In this document: positions 1 to 11,000 of the stretch, piece after piece
How positions within the stretch are numbered: the first letter of the stretch is position 1
How the letters are laid out: each line of letters starts with the position of its first letter
Source: Balanoglossus misakiensis
Lineage: Eukaryota; Animalia; Hemichordata
Direction of reading: 5' to 3'
Assembly: GCA_040954595.2 (NCBI GenBank)
Contig: CM082581.2
Span: forward strand, 6,874,699-6,938,698
DNA length: 64,000 bases
Notes under the pieces: generated by a model
Database searches by the model: none
What the model saw: the letters and a program-made list of their open reading frames with translations, nothing else
Told to the model about the DNA's origin: nothing
Position numbers and translations under genes: made by a program

Positions 1-605
1 CGGGTAAGAACCCCTGCTCGGACAAACGCCCCCCCTGGTTTTAGGGCCCATTTGTAGATCGAGGCCATATCCGGTCTAAAGCCCCCCCCCCCCCCCCCCC
101 CCGGCCGAATATCCATTAAATTCTTGGAAATTTAATAAAGTGCAATGCAAAAAAGGCGGATTTTCATCCCCAAAGTCACTAAAAGTGAAAAAAAAAATGT
201 ATGATGATTTACTTTCGCGCTGATTATCGTACCCACCGCGGCCGACTGGCCACGCTGAGTTATATATAGCCGCTCTAGAAAACATGACCTCAGACAGGGC
301 CCTCGGGACCGTGCCTCGAATTCAACGATCACGTAGATGGACGCGCTGCCGCGTGTAAGGTCACCGGGGAGCTTTCCAAAGCGGCCGCGTGGAGCTGCTT
401 CAGCCCGTCCTCGACGCGAAACACCCAACATTGGAAGATCCCGACTTGGACTCGGAGAATGAACCACTCAAAAATTTGCATAAAAGTCGAGGTGGCCATC
501 CCTCATTTGCATAAATCTCGAGGCCATATCCGGGCTAAAGCCCCCCCCTGTTTTTTCGCTAATCTGTTGGCCCAGCACCCGGGGCTCTTACCCGGCAAAC
601 TACGG
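1..605. mobile_element. Non-autonomous DNA transposon (MITE), CCGTA-terminated Tc1/mariner-pogo type, copy 1 (left end cut by window edge)
   Basis: Near-identical to 50866-51477. Ends in TCTTACCCGGCAAACTACGG followed by TA (606-607). The first 11 nt of the left TIR lie outside the window. No transposase ORF. Confidence 0.9.
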
Positions 606-1232
606 TAGATGCATAGCGGTTGTTCAGTTTGTTCATTTTTCTCAATCCAGCTGATGGATGACCACTGCATGCTGTTGATAAGCCTAAGAACTTTGGTCTG
701 TTTTAATCTTCCGTGATTTGAACAGACCAGCAACAGCTAACAGTAACACAACTCACACTGGTTTTTAGGAGCAAGTCATTCCTGTGTGGCCTCAAACAAT
801 CAAGTCTGACGTCAGTGAGATTACATGTGCAGTGAAAAGGGTTTACTTTTATATCTAGTTTACCAAATATGCCAGCTATTTGGAGAGAACTGTAAAACTG
901 TGAAGTTGATATGAGCAGCATGGAGTAAAACCGTTGCCCGTTTACAATTTACATTTATGTTTAGACTATCTCAGTCTCTATTTAAGCTTTGCATGTCGAA
1001 ACACAAACGTAAACGGCAAGAGTTGTAGAACATTCGATAAACTTGATCTGTTAGCGGTCAACAGGAATGATGGTAAAATGCCAATGCCACTCAACATATT
1101 GGGGTAATAATATCTGAAAGGGCACCATTATGAAAGACTATTACATGTTTTGTTAATTCTGAGCATGTCAGTCACAAACAATGACGTAAGCTTGGCTGCA
1201 ACAAAGAAAACTTGCACAACAGACACTCTGCA

Positions 1233-1326
1233 CCCTTTCACCCCCATTTCTCTTCACATGGGCCATTCCGCACTCATTGGTATACAGTGCCTGTGGAGGT
1301 GAAACTAACAGTGGTGGGTGAAAGGG
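1233..1326. mobile_element. ~90-bp piggyBac-like MITE remnant
   Basis: Terminal inverted repeat CCCTTTCACCC...GGGTGAAAGGG followed by TTTAA; same termini as copies at 24872, 27494 and 54124. Confidence 0.6.
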
Positions 1327-2093
1327 TTTAAATCTAGTTTCTCGATTGCAGCTCTCAGGAATCGTGTTCCAGCTGGCCATACCTTGAATCTCGCATCTGT
1401 CTTCCTCTGAATGAAAGTCCGGGATTTTCAATTTGTGACATATGGCACTCTGTGTACATGGATCTTTAAAAAAACACTCTTTAACTGAGCTTTCCTTGTA
1501 ACCATGGTGATGTCACCAAAACACTTGCTGGATACTGCATTTTGTAATCAGATCTGTGAATATCTTTGAACTTTTGCTTTCGCTGGCAAAAACCAACATG
1601 TGGTTTAACCAATCGGAGTCTTCCGTAATATGCTTGGGTTTTAATTCCGCCTGCCTGAAATATGAGTGTGACTTCACAGAAATCTAACACCTTAGATTTA
1701 CTTATCTCAATGTCAACATGACCTTGGCTGGCCTGATTTGTTCAGTTTGATGTTAGCATTTGGACATGATCATGGAAGGTCTCCAGGTTTACTTGCACTC
1801 TGAAACAGAATGCAAGAAGTTTGAATTTATGTAGTTTCACATCTTTATGAATCAGAAACCATTTTGTAAATCACATTTGCAGATATGGTTTGTGAATTTT
1901 CCATCTGTCTCTGACTTTGTGCGACAGTCTGAACTTCATGTACTGGTGGTACGCTTAAATTTTATCCAGTCTGTTGTGTGGACGCTTGGATCATGTTGGC
2001 ATGGAGAACTGTTATAGTTTAAAGATATAAATAAATACATGTAAATGCAAAACATGACTTCAAATTCAGGTCGTCGACTTTTCTGTCTTGCAG

Positions 2094-5000
2094 CAACAAG
2101 TCTGTATACAAACACCATCCTCCACTGCCAACCGTGGGGCAACTGACCCATCAGTCTGGAACGCCTTGCGCGAACTTGACGAAGACGAGCGCTGGGCAGA
2201 TCGTTGTCAGGTGGTAACCAAGCAAGATCACCAGGACTACGTGCAGTACGCGACTGAGTTTGTGGAAGATATATTTCAGTCCATACCTACTGGGTAAGCA
2301 TGGTGCATAAAATTGGTGGCTGATCGTTTCGTAAAAAAATGTGAAACCTAAGAAACTTGTGCAGTGATTGCTGGTTTTGCACCTAAATGTTGGCAATCAC
2401 CTCTTATTTACATATGTTCAATATATGGTTACACCTTTGAACCCTAACCTTCTAGTGAAAGTCTGATTGGTATAATTTCTACCTTCTGTGGCCATTGTGG
2501 TCATATTTGCATATACTGTGAATACATCTGTGTTTTATTTCCACAGTGATTCAAAACCAGATTCTGTGACTGCATTGGCAGAAGAGAGCTCCGAAGAAGT
2601 GTCTGGAGGCCACAGAGACAGTGGGAGCGAGACCAAACCAACTGAAGACGCAGCCACAATCATCCAGGAACCAGCGACAGCCGGTGTGGAAACGGACAAG
2701 AAAGGGAAGCAGCCTTGTGATGCGGTGTCCCCACACGAAAAGCTGACAGAGGACAGTAACAGCGAAGGCAAAGAACAGGCGGGACTGGTCACTCCAGATT
2801 CCGAGCAGAAGTCGAAAGAAGACTTCCAGGTCCTGCATTACACGCAGGAGACCGAAGCCGCCGAGCTCAAACAGGAACCGCCAGGTGAATCGCCCTTGCA
2901 GAAAATACTGCTGTTGGATTTCTCGCCCTGCAATCAAGAGCAGCTGGTCCAGAGGTCGCAGAGTGACGACCGCCAGAAGGAGATCCCCCTGCTGGACTTC
3001 TCGCCCGCCGCTCCGTTCAATCCGGAGGGAGAGACGACGTCCAGTGAAGGAACGCCACCGGAAGAGGCGGTAGACAGACAGTTTGAGTTTCCTGAGGAGA
3101 AAGCGGGAAAGGAAGAGGATCCCAGGCAAGAAGGAGAGGAGGTCAAGAAATCTGCCGAGGAAGACATCCAGGAACAGCCTTGTGCTGAGATACCGGAAGG
3201 TCCAGCTGAAGTTCCTAAACCAGAAGACGAAGCTCAAGAAACTGTGACTGACGAATCGCCCAAAGACACAGGTGTTGTGAGAGAAGATTTGTCTGAAGAC
3301 ACAGGTGTTGCGACTGAAGATACGTCAAAAGACACTGGTATTGAGACACAAGATTCATCTACAGACACTCTTGTTGCAACGGAAGAGTCACCTCAAGACA
3401 CTGGTGTTGCAACTGCAGATTTGTCTGAAGACACAGGTGTTGCGACTGAAGATACGTCAAAAGACACTGGTATTGAGACACAAGATTCGTCTACAGACAC
3501 TCTTGTTGCAACAGAAGAGCCACCTCAAGACACTGGTGTTGTGACTGAAGATACGTCAAAAGACACTGGTATTGAGACACAAGATTCGTCCAAGGACACT
3601 CTTGTTGCGACAGAAGAAGAACAGTCACCTCAAGACACTGGTGTTGCGACTGAAGATTCTGAGCAAGCTCAACCGGAGCAAGAAGCAACCACTGAGACAT
3701 TATCCAAGGAGACCACACAAGACGCTGTGAACGCTGAACAGAAGGCGGACACCCAGGCAGAGACTCCTGAAGACTCAGAAGCAGTCCCAGCCAAGGATAG
3801 CACTCCAGTCGGTTTCGATTTAGGCCCAGAGGAGGAAGGAGAGGGAGAAAAAGCACTGGGTGTGGAAACTGCAGTGGAAGGAGAGGAGAAGGAACTTGAC
3901 AGTCAAGTTGGTGCAAAACCTGTTGCCGAACTGCAAAGGCTGCCCTCAGTGGCCTCTGCAGCTGACCTTGCGGAATTCGAAGAACAAGAGAAAGAGATCG
4001 AACTTCAGGCACAGCTTGACGAGTTTCAGCATCTGGAGGCACAGGAAGACTTAGCAAAGGGAGAGTTGTCGGACGAGGGCCATGCCCAGAACGTCGCAGG
4101 TGTTGATGAGAATTTGCCCAAATCCGGAGGCGAGAGTCTTGTAGCTGATCAGCCACCAGTTGAGACAGACACACTTGTACCACCACAGCCAGAGGAGAAA
4201 AAGGAAGCCATTGCACATATGTCCGAAGATCTGAATGGACTAACAGAAGTGACCGCAGACGTCACTCAGGATTCCACGGGGACGGAGAGTTTGCCCGAAC
4301 CAGTTCCCGCTGAGAAGAAAGTTGAAAGTCCAGAATCGGAGGTTAAACCACTGCCAGTTGAGGAGGAGAAGCAGGAGAAACCCCACAGGAAATTGCCGGA
4401 AAAGCCGTGGAAGAAGAGGAAACCCAAGACAAACTCGGCAGAATTTGACACTGACATTGAGATATTTGCACCACCACCGCCACCGTCTAGCGCATCTCAA
4501 GAAGAGACCCGGGAAGTGACCACAGCTCCAGGTCAGCCGCCGCAGCCGGACGATATCCCAATCAAAGTTGGGGCTGCCAAGACCAAGAGCATTTACGACA
4601 TGGATGAAAATGAAATCGCCGACCCCTTCGGTACTTCCAATAAGATGTCGAACTCGCCGGCAGTCGGGTACGATTTAGAGGATATTGCCGATCCTTTCAA
4701 GTCTTCAAACAAGATGAGTTCTTCTCCAAAGACTGACAGCTTTGAGTAAGTATCCATGTGAACTTGATTTCTGGGCCATCGTTGTGTGAATGAAGTGTAG
4801 CGCCTGTGTAATGTGAGATGGTGGTTGCAGGAAAAGAAAGTTTATTATAGCACCCCCAACTTGAGATTTGGAAGACAATGTGCTCACCGGTACTAGCGAT
4901 ATATAGCGCCGCCAATGTCAAAAGAATGAACAACTTTTGTTTCTGTCATGTACAAGTGAATACAAGTGTTTGACACCTACGGTCTTGCTTCTATCTGACA

Positions 5001-8000
5001 GCAACTTCAAAGCACCTGCCAATAACAATGGTGAAGTAGAGATGATGACTTCAAACATTATTTTGGATGACAAAGAAGAAGATGAAAATGAATTTAAACC
5101 AGCAGCAGAAGGTAAGGCTATCATACAATATTCTCGAAAAAAATTCACCACGAACACTGAGTTCCTGTAGGTATGCATGGGTATTTTATTTTAATTTGAA
5201 TGTCTAACCATGTGTTCTTTGGCCTGCTAAGATTGGTGTGCGAGTTGTGGTTGAATATGTACGTCTTAGTCCTTTTTGTGATGGGGCCGCCTGGATCACC
5301 TTCCTGGTTGCTTAGATACCAGCGCTTACTGGGTAGCTACCTTAATAGCATGCACATGAGCGAAATGTCAAAGCTAAAATTTCCAATAGCGATTTTGCAG
5401 AGTTTGTGTAGAATAGAATAGCGTAACATATTTGATATATCAATACATTTCAGGTGTTCCCCCTGACTTGGCTGTGTTGTATAAAAGCGAATATCATAAG
5501 TGGATAGGTTTGTGATGACTAAAATCCAGCATGGGTGATATTAATAATAGGTTTAAGTTCTCATGTTGGCATGGTTATGGAATGAATCAAAACCTTGTTT
5601 GCCTTTAAAGCTGTGGTGTTCTTAGAGGCATTGCGTCCATTTTTAAAGTGAAGACAAACATTATCAGTAGTAATATTTTGCAGAAAACTTTTTGTATGTG
5701 AATGGGATTTCAAGCTCGAGGTTACAAAAAAATGATAAAGTCTTGTACCTTGGTTGATGGTATTAATTTTGTCATGGTACATCTCACAACTTGCTGGTGG
5801 TGTGTTTTTTTTCTCTCATAAATTAGACGTTTTCCCCCAAAGTGGCTTTCTTTCTTTCTCTCTTTCTTCTGTTGTGTTTCTCGTAGCTTTAATTGATTTC
5901 TCTGCTGATGTCACTATGCCTGAACCTGTGCTTATTATGGATGAGGATTTCAGACCAACCGGTGAAGGTACAAACAAAGAGTTTTGCTTCAGAAAGACTA
6001 ACAGCAAGAAAGACAAAAATATCAGTTTGCAACTTTTTGATTGAATCTTTGATTATAAAATTCCTAACATTTAAATTAACACGACCAGCTGTTTTCAGAT
6101 TTAATATTTCACCCACGTCATGACTGGACCATAAACCCAAATTAATTTCAAAAGACTTACTCATATTATCCAACCCATAATGATCAGGTGTTTACCACTA
6201 AAGCCAGTTTGATTAGAATACCAAAACAGATATCTCTCCCTGAGTGTGCGTTGTAATACAAAGGATAGGCTTCCACATACGTCCCCTGTGTCTGCTTTTC
6301 TTAAACTTTCCTGTGTTTTGTTAAAGAGCCGGGCTTTGTGTTTGGTTTCATTTCCTGCCCCCTGTTTCTTTGTGCGCACTCAATGTCTTGCCTTGGGTAT
6401 TGATCCTTGCAAGCCGGGCGTGCAATAGCTGCAGTGACCCCTGTGTACTGTGATTCCCCCCCCCCCCCCTTTTGTTGGCACTTGCTCAAAAAATTCCTGC
6501 GTCGGGTATCTCTCCCGCCCCTGCGTGTCTAAGCATGTCCCCCTGTAATATGGGCTCCCTGGCTATTGTCCACTGTGTGACGCTAACTGTCAGAATGCTG
6601 CGTTGTGTGGTTTAAGTAGTTGACAGGTCATCGTCGTGATTGTGGTATTGTTCTAGATGTGTCCCGTCAAGTAACATGTCTGGGAACAGGTAGCCCTATT
6701 GTTTTTTTCGTTTTTTTCAGAAAATTTACCGTTCGTTGTTTTGGTCCTGCATGGCATTGTTTTCTGTCTTACATTACAACGTGTGGTTGCCTCTGTTTTG
6801 TTCTGTGTTTACTGAGTTTCATTGTACCTATCATATGAATGTATAGTACATATACACGGTCTGTTGCGAGTGTCTGGTTTTGCAGTATTTACTCTGTTAC
6901 AGTTGTTTTACTTTTAACTTGATCAACTGACGTGTACTTAGCCAATACACAAAACGATACAACCAGACTTTGCCGCTTCTTCTGCAAACCAGCGTTACCA
7001 TGCATGCATTGAACCTTCAAAGAGCCATTTTGTATGCCACCGTCCTTGTGAATTCTCATCTAATCTTGCATGAAAAAACGTCAAAAAAATATTGAGGTTG
7101 TGGCATCTTTTATAATGGCACAGTTTTTATAACCCCCACGCCATATTTATATGGCTGGTTTAAAATATGCAATTTATATAATGTAAACTGCATGCTTATG
7201 TAGTGTATTGAGCATAATGTAATTGATAGTCTTTTGGTGCTACATTTAATATTCATGATTCAGTGGTGTGGTGTAATATTGCATTATGATCAATCTTCGG
7301 GGTGTAAGTAAGACATACATCACACGTGACATGGTGATGGAATTCTATGCTTCGTGCGATTTGATTATTATTCATTAACCATTCTGACATCTAACATTGC
7401 TACTTATCTCTTCCCCCCATGCTTCCATTCTCCATCTGTGCGATAAACTTGCCTCCCCCCCTTGCCTGCTTCATCACCACCGCTGCCCACCGCCTATCTG
7501 TCTGCGTGTGTGCGTATTGTGTGTTTGCATCACACATTACTAGGAGCCGCTGGCATAGAGCGAGATCTCAGCCAGCTCAGTTTTGAGGAAATGGAGGCCA
7601 GGCTGGCTGACGAAGGTAGGCTTTGCATTCAAAATTAACCTCTCATCTTTACTCTGCATGCGTGGCGGCGTTTGGGGGAATAATATTGTACTAACCACTG
7701 GCAGAATTGTATAATTACATGGGGTAGGTATATGGCAAAAGTGGTTTCGTTCACATGGTTGTAATATTATGGAGTGCACATGGAGTTGGTTGGTATATCT
7801 AGAATTTTGGGCACATCATTTTGTCTGCATCAGAAAGCAAAGTTGTTGGGGGTGGGGGTTTCCACAGGGAAAACCATGGTGTATGTGTGTGTTTGTGTGT
7901 GTGTGTGGGGGGGGGGGGGGGGGGCTACAGTTGTATGTGTGTGCAACATTACATTTCAGCATAGACCCTTGTCTCTATTTGTGGCAACAGCCAGTGATCC

Positions 8001-11000
8001 ATCAGTCATCAAATTTTTGTGTAGTACAGAGTAAAAACCTGAACTTCATTGAGGACGATCTCTTTAAACTCGAAACGCGATCACACTGTATTCTGATGAT
8101 GACTATCTGGGATTCCCAGACCAGAGATTGTAATGCGCTGGCAAGTGTCCGTATAGGGATGTGTACTGTCTGCACATTTTGGTCAGTAGAGGTTTAGAGT
8201 ACACCTTCACTGGTTGTATGCGTGGAGGGGCAGTGTATCTTGTGCAGATGGTGTGTGTACTAATCTCACATGGTAGTGGATATCTGGAGCACATTGCACT
8301 ATTATCAAATTATATCATGATAACACTAACCATAGGTGTTACAGGTGTACCAGATGTTTTGAATTTTTTTAGAGAATTCAAAGCAGAATGAGAATTCATC
8401 TTTTAATTAAAACACTCGAGGGAGAATGATGGAAAATATTATTGTCTAGTCACACTGACAGGTGTTGATATGAGGGATGAATTACCTCCATTAATCAAAA
8501 TCTGTTCATACTGAATAGTATATTTATTGCAGCAAAAAGAACTTTTTCACAATTTCATCCCATATTCTCAATCAACTCACGGTTGCTAGACATGATAATT
8601 TCCACTCTCTGTTCTGTTAGTTAGTTACCCCCAAATCAAGTTTCCAGTTTAACAAGTCCATGCACATTACAAAGTACATGTACACATTACAATAGCTGTT
8701 ATTGTCAGCTTGCTTAAACATCAATCTAACCCCGAATGACCTCACTGAGCCATACCTGTACTAACGGCCTGCTTGAAAGCTCATTCTCATCCGACATCCC
8801 TGCATGTTTCTTTGGCATGTCCTTCACTATAAGCCTTTTTTCCTAAAAATTGAGCTTGCATGATTTGTTTTCTTCTCTTACAAATATCAAAAACGATAAA
8901 ACTAAAACTTCCATCTAATCACAGAGATTTTTGAAGAGTATTCAATTTTATGCTTTTTTGAAAAAAAAGAAGAAACTTTTTGCTACTTGGAACTCTTTGG
9001 TTTGCAGTAACTATGCATTTTCTGTTATCTCTCTATTTCTTTCCTTTTCGTTCACCTGCACCCCAATTTCAATGCACCCATTTCATGCATACCTTCCCCT
9101 ACTTCTCTACTGCGCCCCTCCCCCCTCCAATCCCAATCATCCACCTCCCCTTCCCCCCCCCAAACTCCCCCACCCCCCACCGCACTCCCATACCATACAC
9201 GTATGATAATGTCAAACTGTATAGCGCTTGCCCAAGAATGTCTAACCTCTGTTGAGGAACCCACAGGTTCTGAGGAGGAGGAGGAATTCTTCCTGGCATC
9301 GGAAGGTACAGTCCTTTAGTCCTATTCTATCATAGTTATTTTATTTCCTTTTTTTCTCTCTCTCGTCCAAGCCAACACAGCTATTCTCCCCCCTGCAGCA
9401 AGGAATGCGCTCGTTTCCCCTTCCTTCCGTGATAACACATAAAAAATTGCCGACATTCAAGTAAATTTGTGCTCCCGTAATATTCATCGCTGGTATTTTC
9501 ATGAAATGGCTGTGTTTTGAAGTATTTTTGCCATCCAGCCAGCTTCCATTTTTCACAGCTAATCATTTACAGGGTGAAGATTCAACTGTATTATACTGTG
9601 ATACATGTCACACTTGAACTTTTCTTTAATACCCTACAATATGCTTACTTTGGACTGAAACAAGAACTAGTACATGAAATACTTTAAAGCGAGCTGACGT
9701 GAAGTTCAAATTTATTTGTATATGAAATTAGTTTGTATACATATATGACATTTGTGTATGACATGTATCAAAGTATAGAACTCTGCTGAATTTGACCCCT
9801 ATTTGACCTTTCACCCTTGACATTACCTGTAAACCATTCTGGTGTAACCCACTGCTTTGCCGCAATGGGTGCGTGGTACGAACAGGGAATTTTTCTGGTG
9901 GAAAGGTTGGCGTGATTTTAAATAAAAAGTTCCTGTAAAATGTACTGCAAGAGAGAAATGCATGTCGCTGTCACCATAGATAGGGAGTCTGATCATCATG
10001 CCAAATTGGCATCATTCCTTAATATAAAAAAATTGCCTGCTTGATTGGATTTGTAACATCATTCACACGCAGAAAATGAATCAAAATCACTGATAGGATC
10101 ATAATGATATGTACATTGCATAATAATGTTATGTATCATGACTGTTCTAAGATTACAACGCTAAGTGAAACCTCGTCTGGTGAAACCTCGTCTGGTGAAA
10201 CCTCGTTTGCATAATTTTAATACACTGCTGGCTGGGCATGTTGTGTATTAATGATGTGGAAAATATAAACATGCCGCTCTGTGGTAAAAATGTTTTCTTT
10301 TCATTAAATTAATAACAGGTTAATGGTCAAGTGCAGTATGTGCAAATTTTGGCACACATATTAATTTATGTATAATTACGGTTACAAGAACAATGTTCAA
10401 TATTTAGTACTGTCAAGAATTCACCAGAATTGTATGAGTCTATCGGTGATAATATTATTAGGGTATTTTTTTCTGAGACCTGATGATGCTTACCTCGACT
10501 TCGTCAGGTGTGAAGTCATCCGATGTAGATAATTTGTAACTGTGATGGTGTACTGAAACCTCACGGTGATCTCAACAACAGTGAAGGTGTTCTCATGCAA
10601 TATTGATGGTTGTGCATTTGGAATGTGGCAAGTCAAGAATTATGTGAAAATGCTTAAATTTTCTCTCTCCTTCTGATTTGTAGCTTTCAATCCAGCTGAT
10701 CCCAACGCGTTTGATATCGACTTCCTGGAAAAAGCCGGTGGATCGAGTACGGTAAGTTGGTTGCCTTTACCTTGGAGTGCCACATAAACACAAAGTGCAA
10801 TTTTCCAAACCTCAAACATCTCTCATCTCTGTTATTGATTTGTGCATATTGTGTTCGAGTATCTGCATAAACAGTGGCAGGTAATCAAAAGGGAATGCTA
10901 AGTATTGTTAGTGATGGCAGCAACACGGTCAAATGATCGTAAAATTTCAACGTCTATTGTGTTGTGCGTCTTTTGATGTGTGGGTAATTTCTGTTCGCAT

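Noticed and set aside
132-467. ORFs inside the MITE (also 51109-51339)
   Set aside because: No transposase motifs; the frame differs between the two copies because of an indel.
2535-4519. Long antisense and alternate-frame ORFs overlapping the large TACC exon
   Set aside because: Shadow ORFs caused by biased, repetitive codon usage of the acidic exon.
8050-8110. Hammerhead-ribozyme-like words (GAAACGCG, CTGATGA); similar at 10478-10510 and 17851-17890
   Set aside because: Stems I-III and the CUGANGA/GAAA/UH core could not be assembled in correct order.
8024-8146. Possible fourth TACC cassette exon (..[13 protein letters not shown]..)
   Set aside because: Contains an acidic-Phe-like motif but has no phase-1 consensus donor; may be a decayed copy or chance.
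10478-10507. 30-nt potential TACC exon ([10 protein letters not shown])
   Set aside because: Weak GAG acceptor and GTGTGA donor; better explained as a short inverted repeat.
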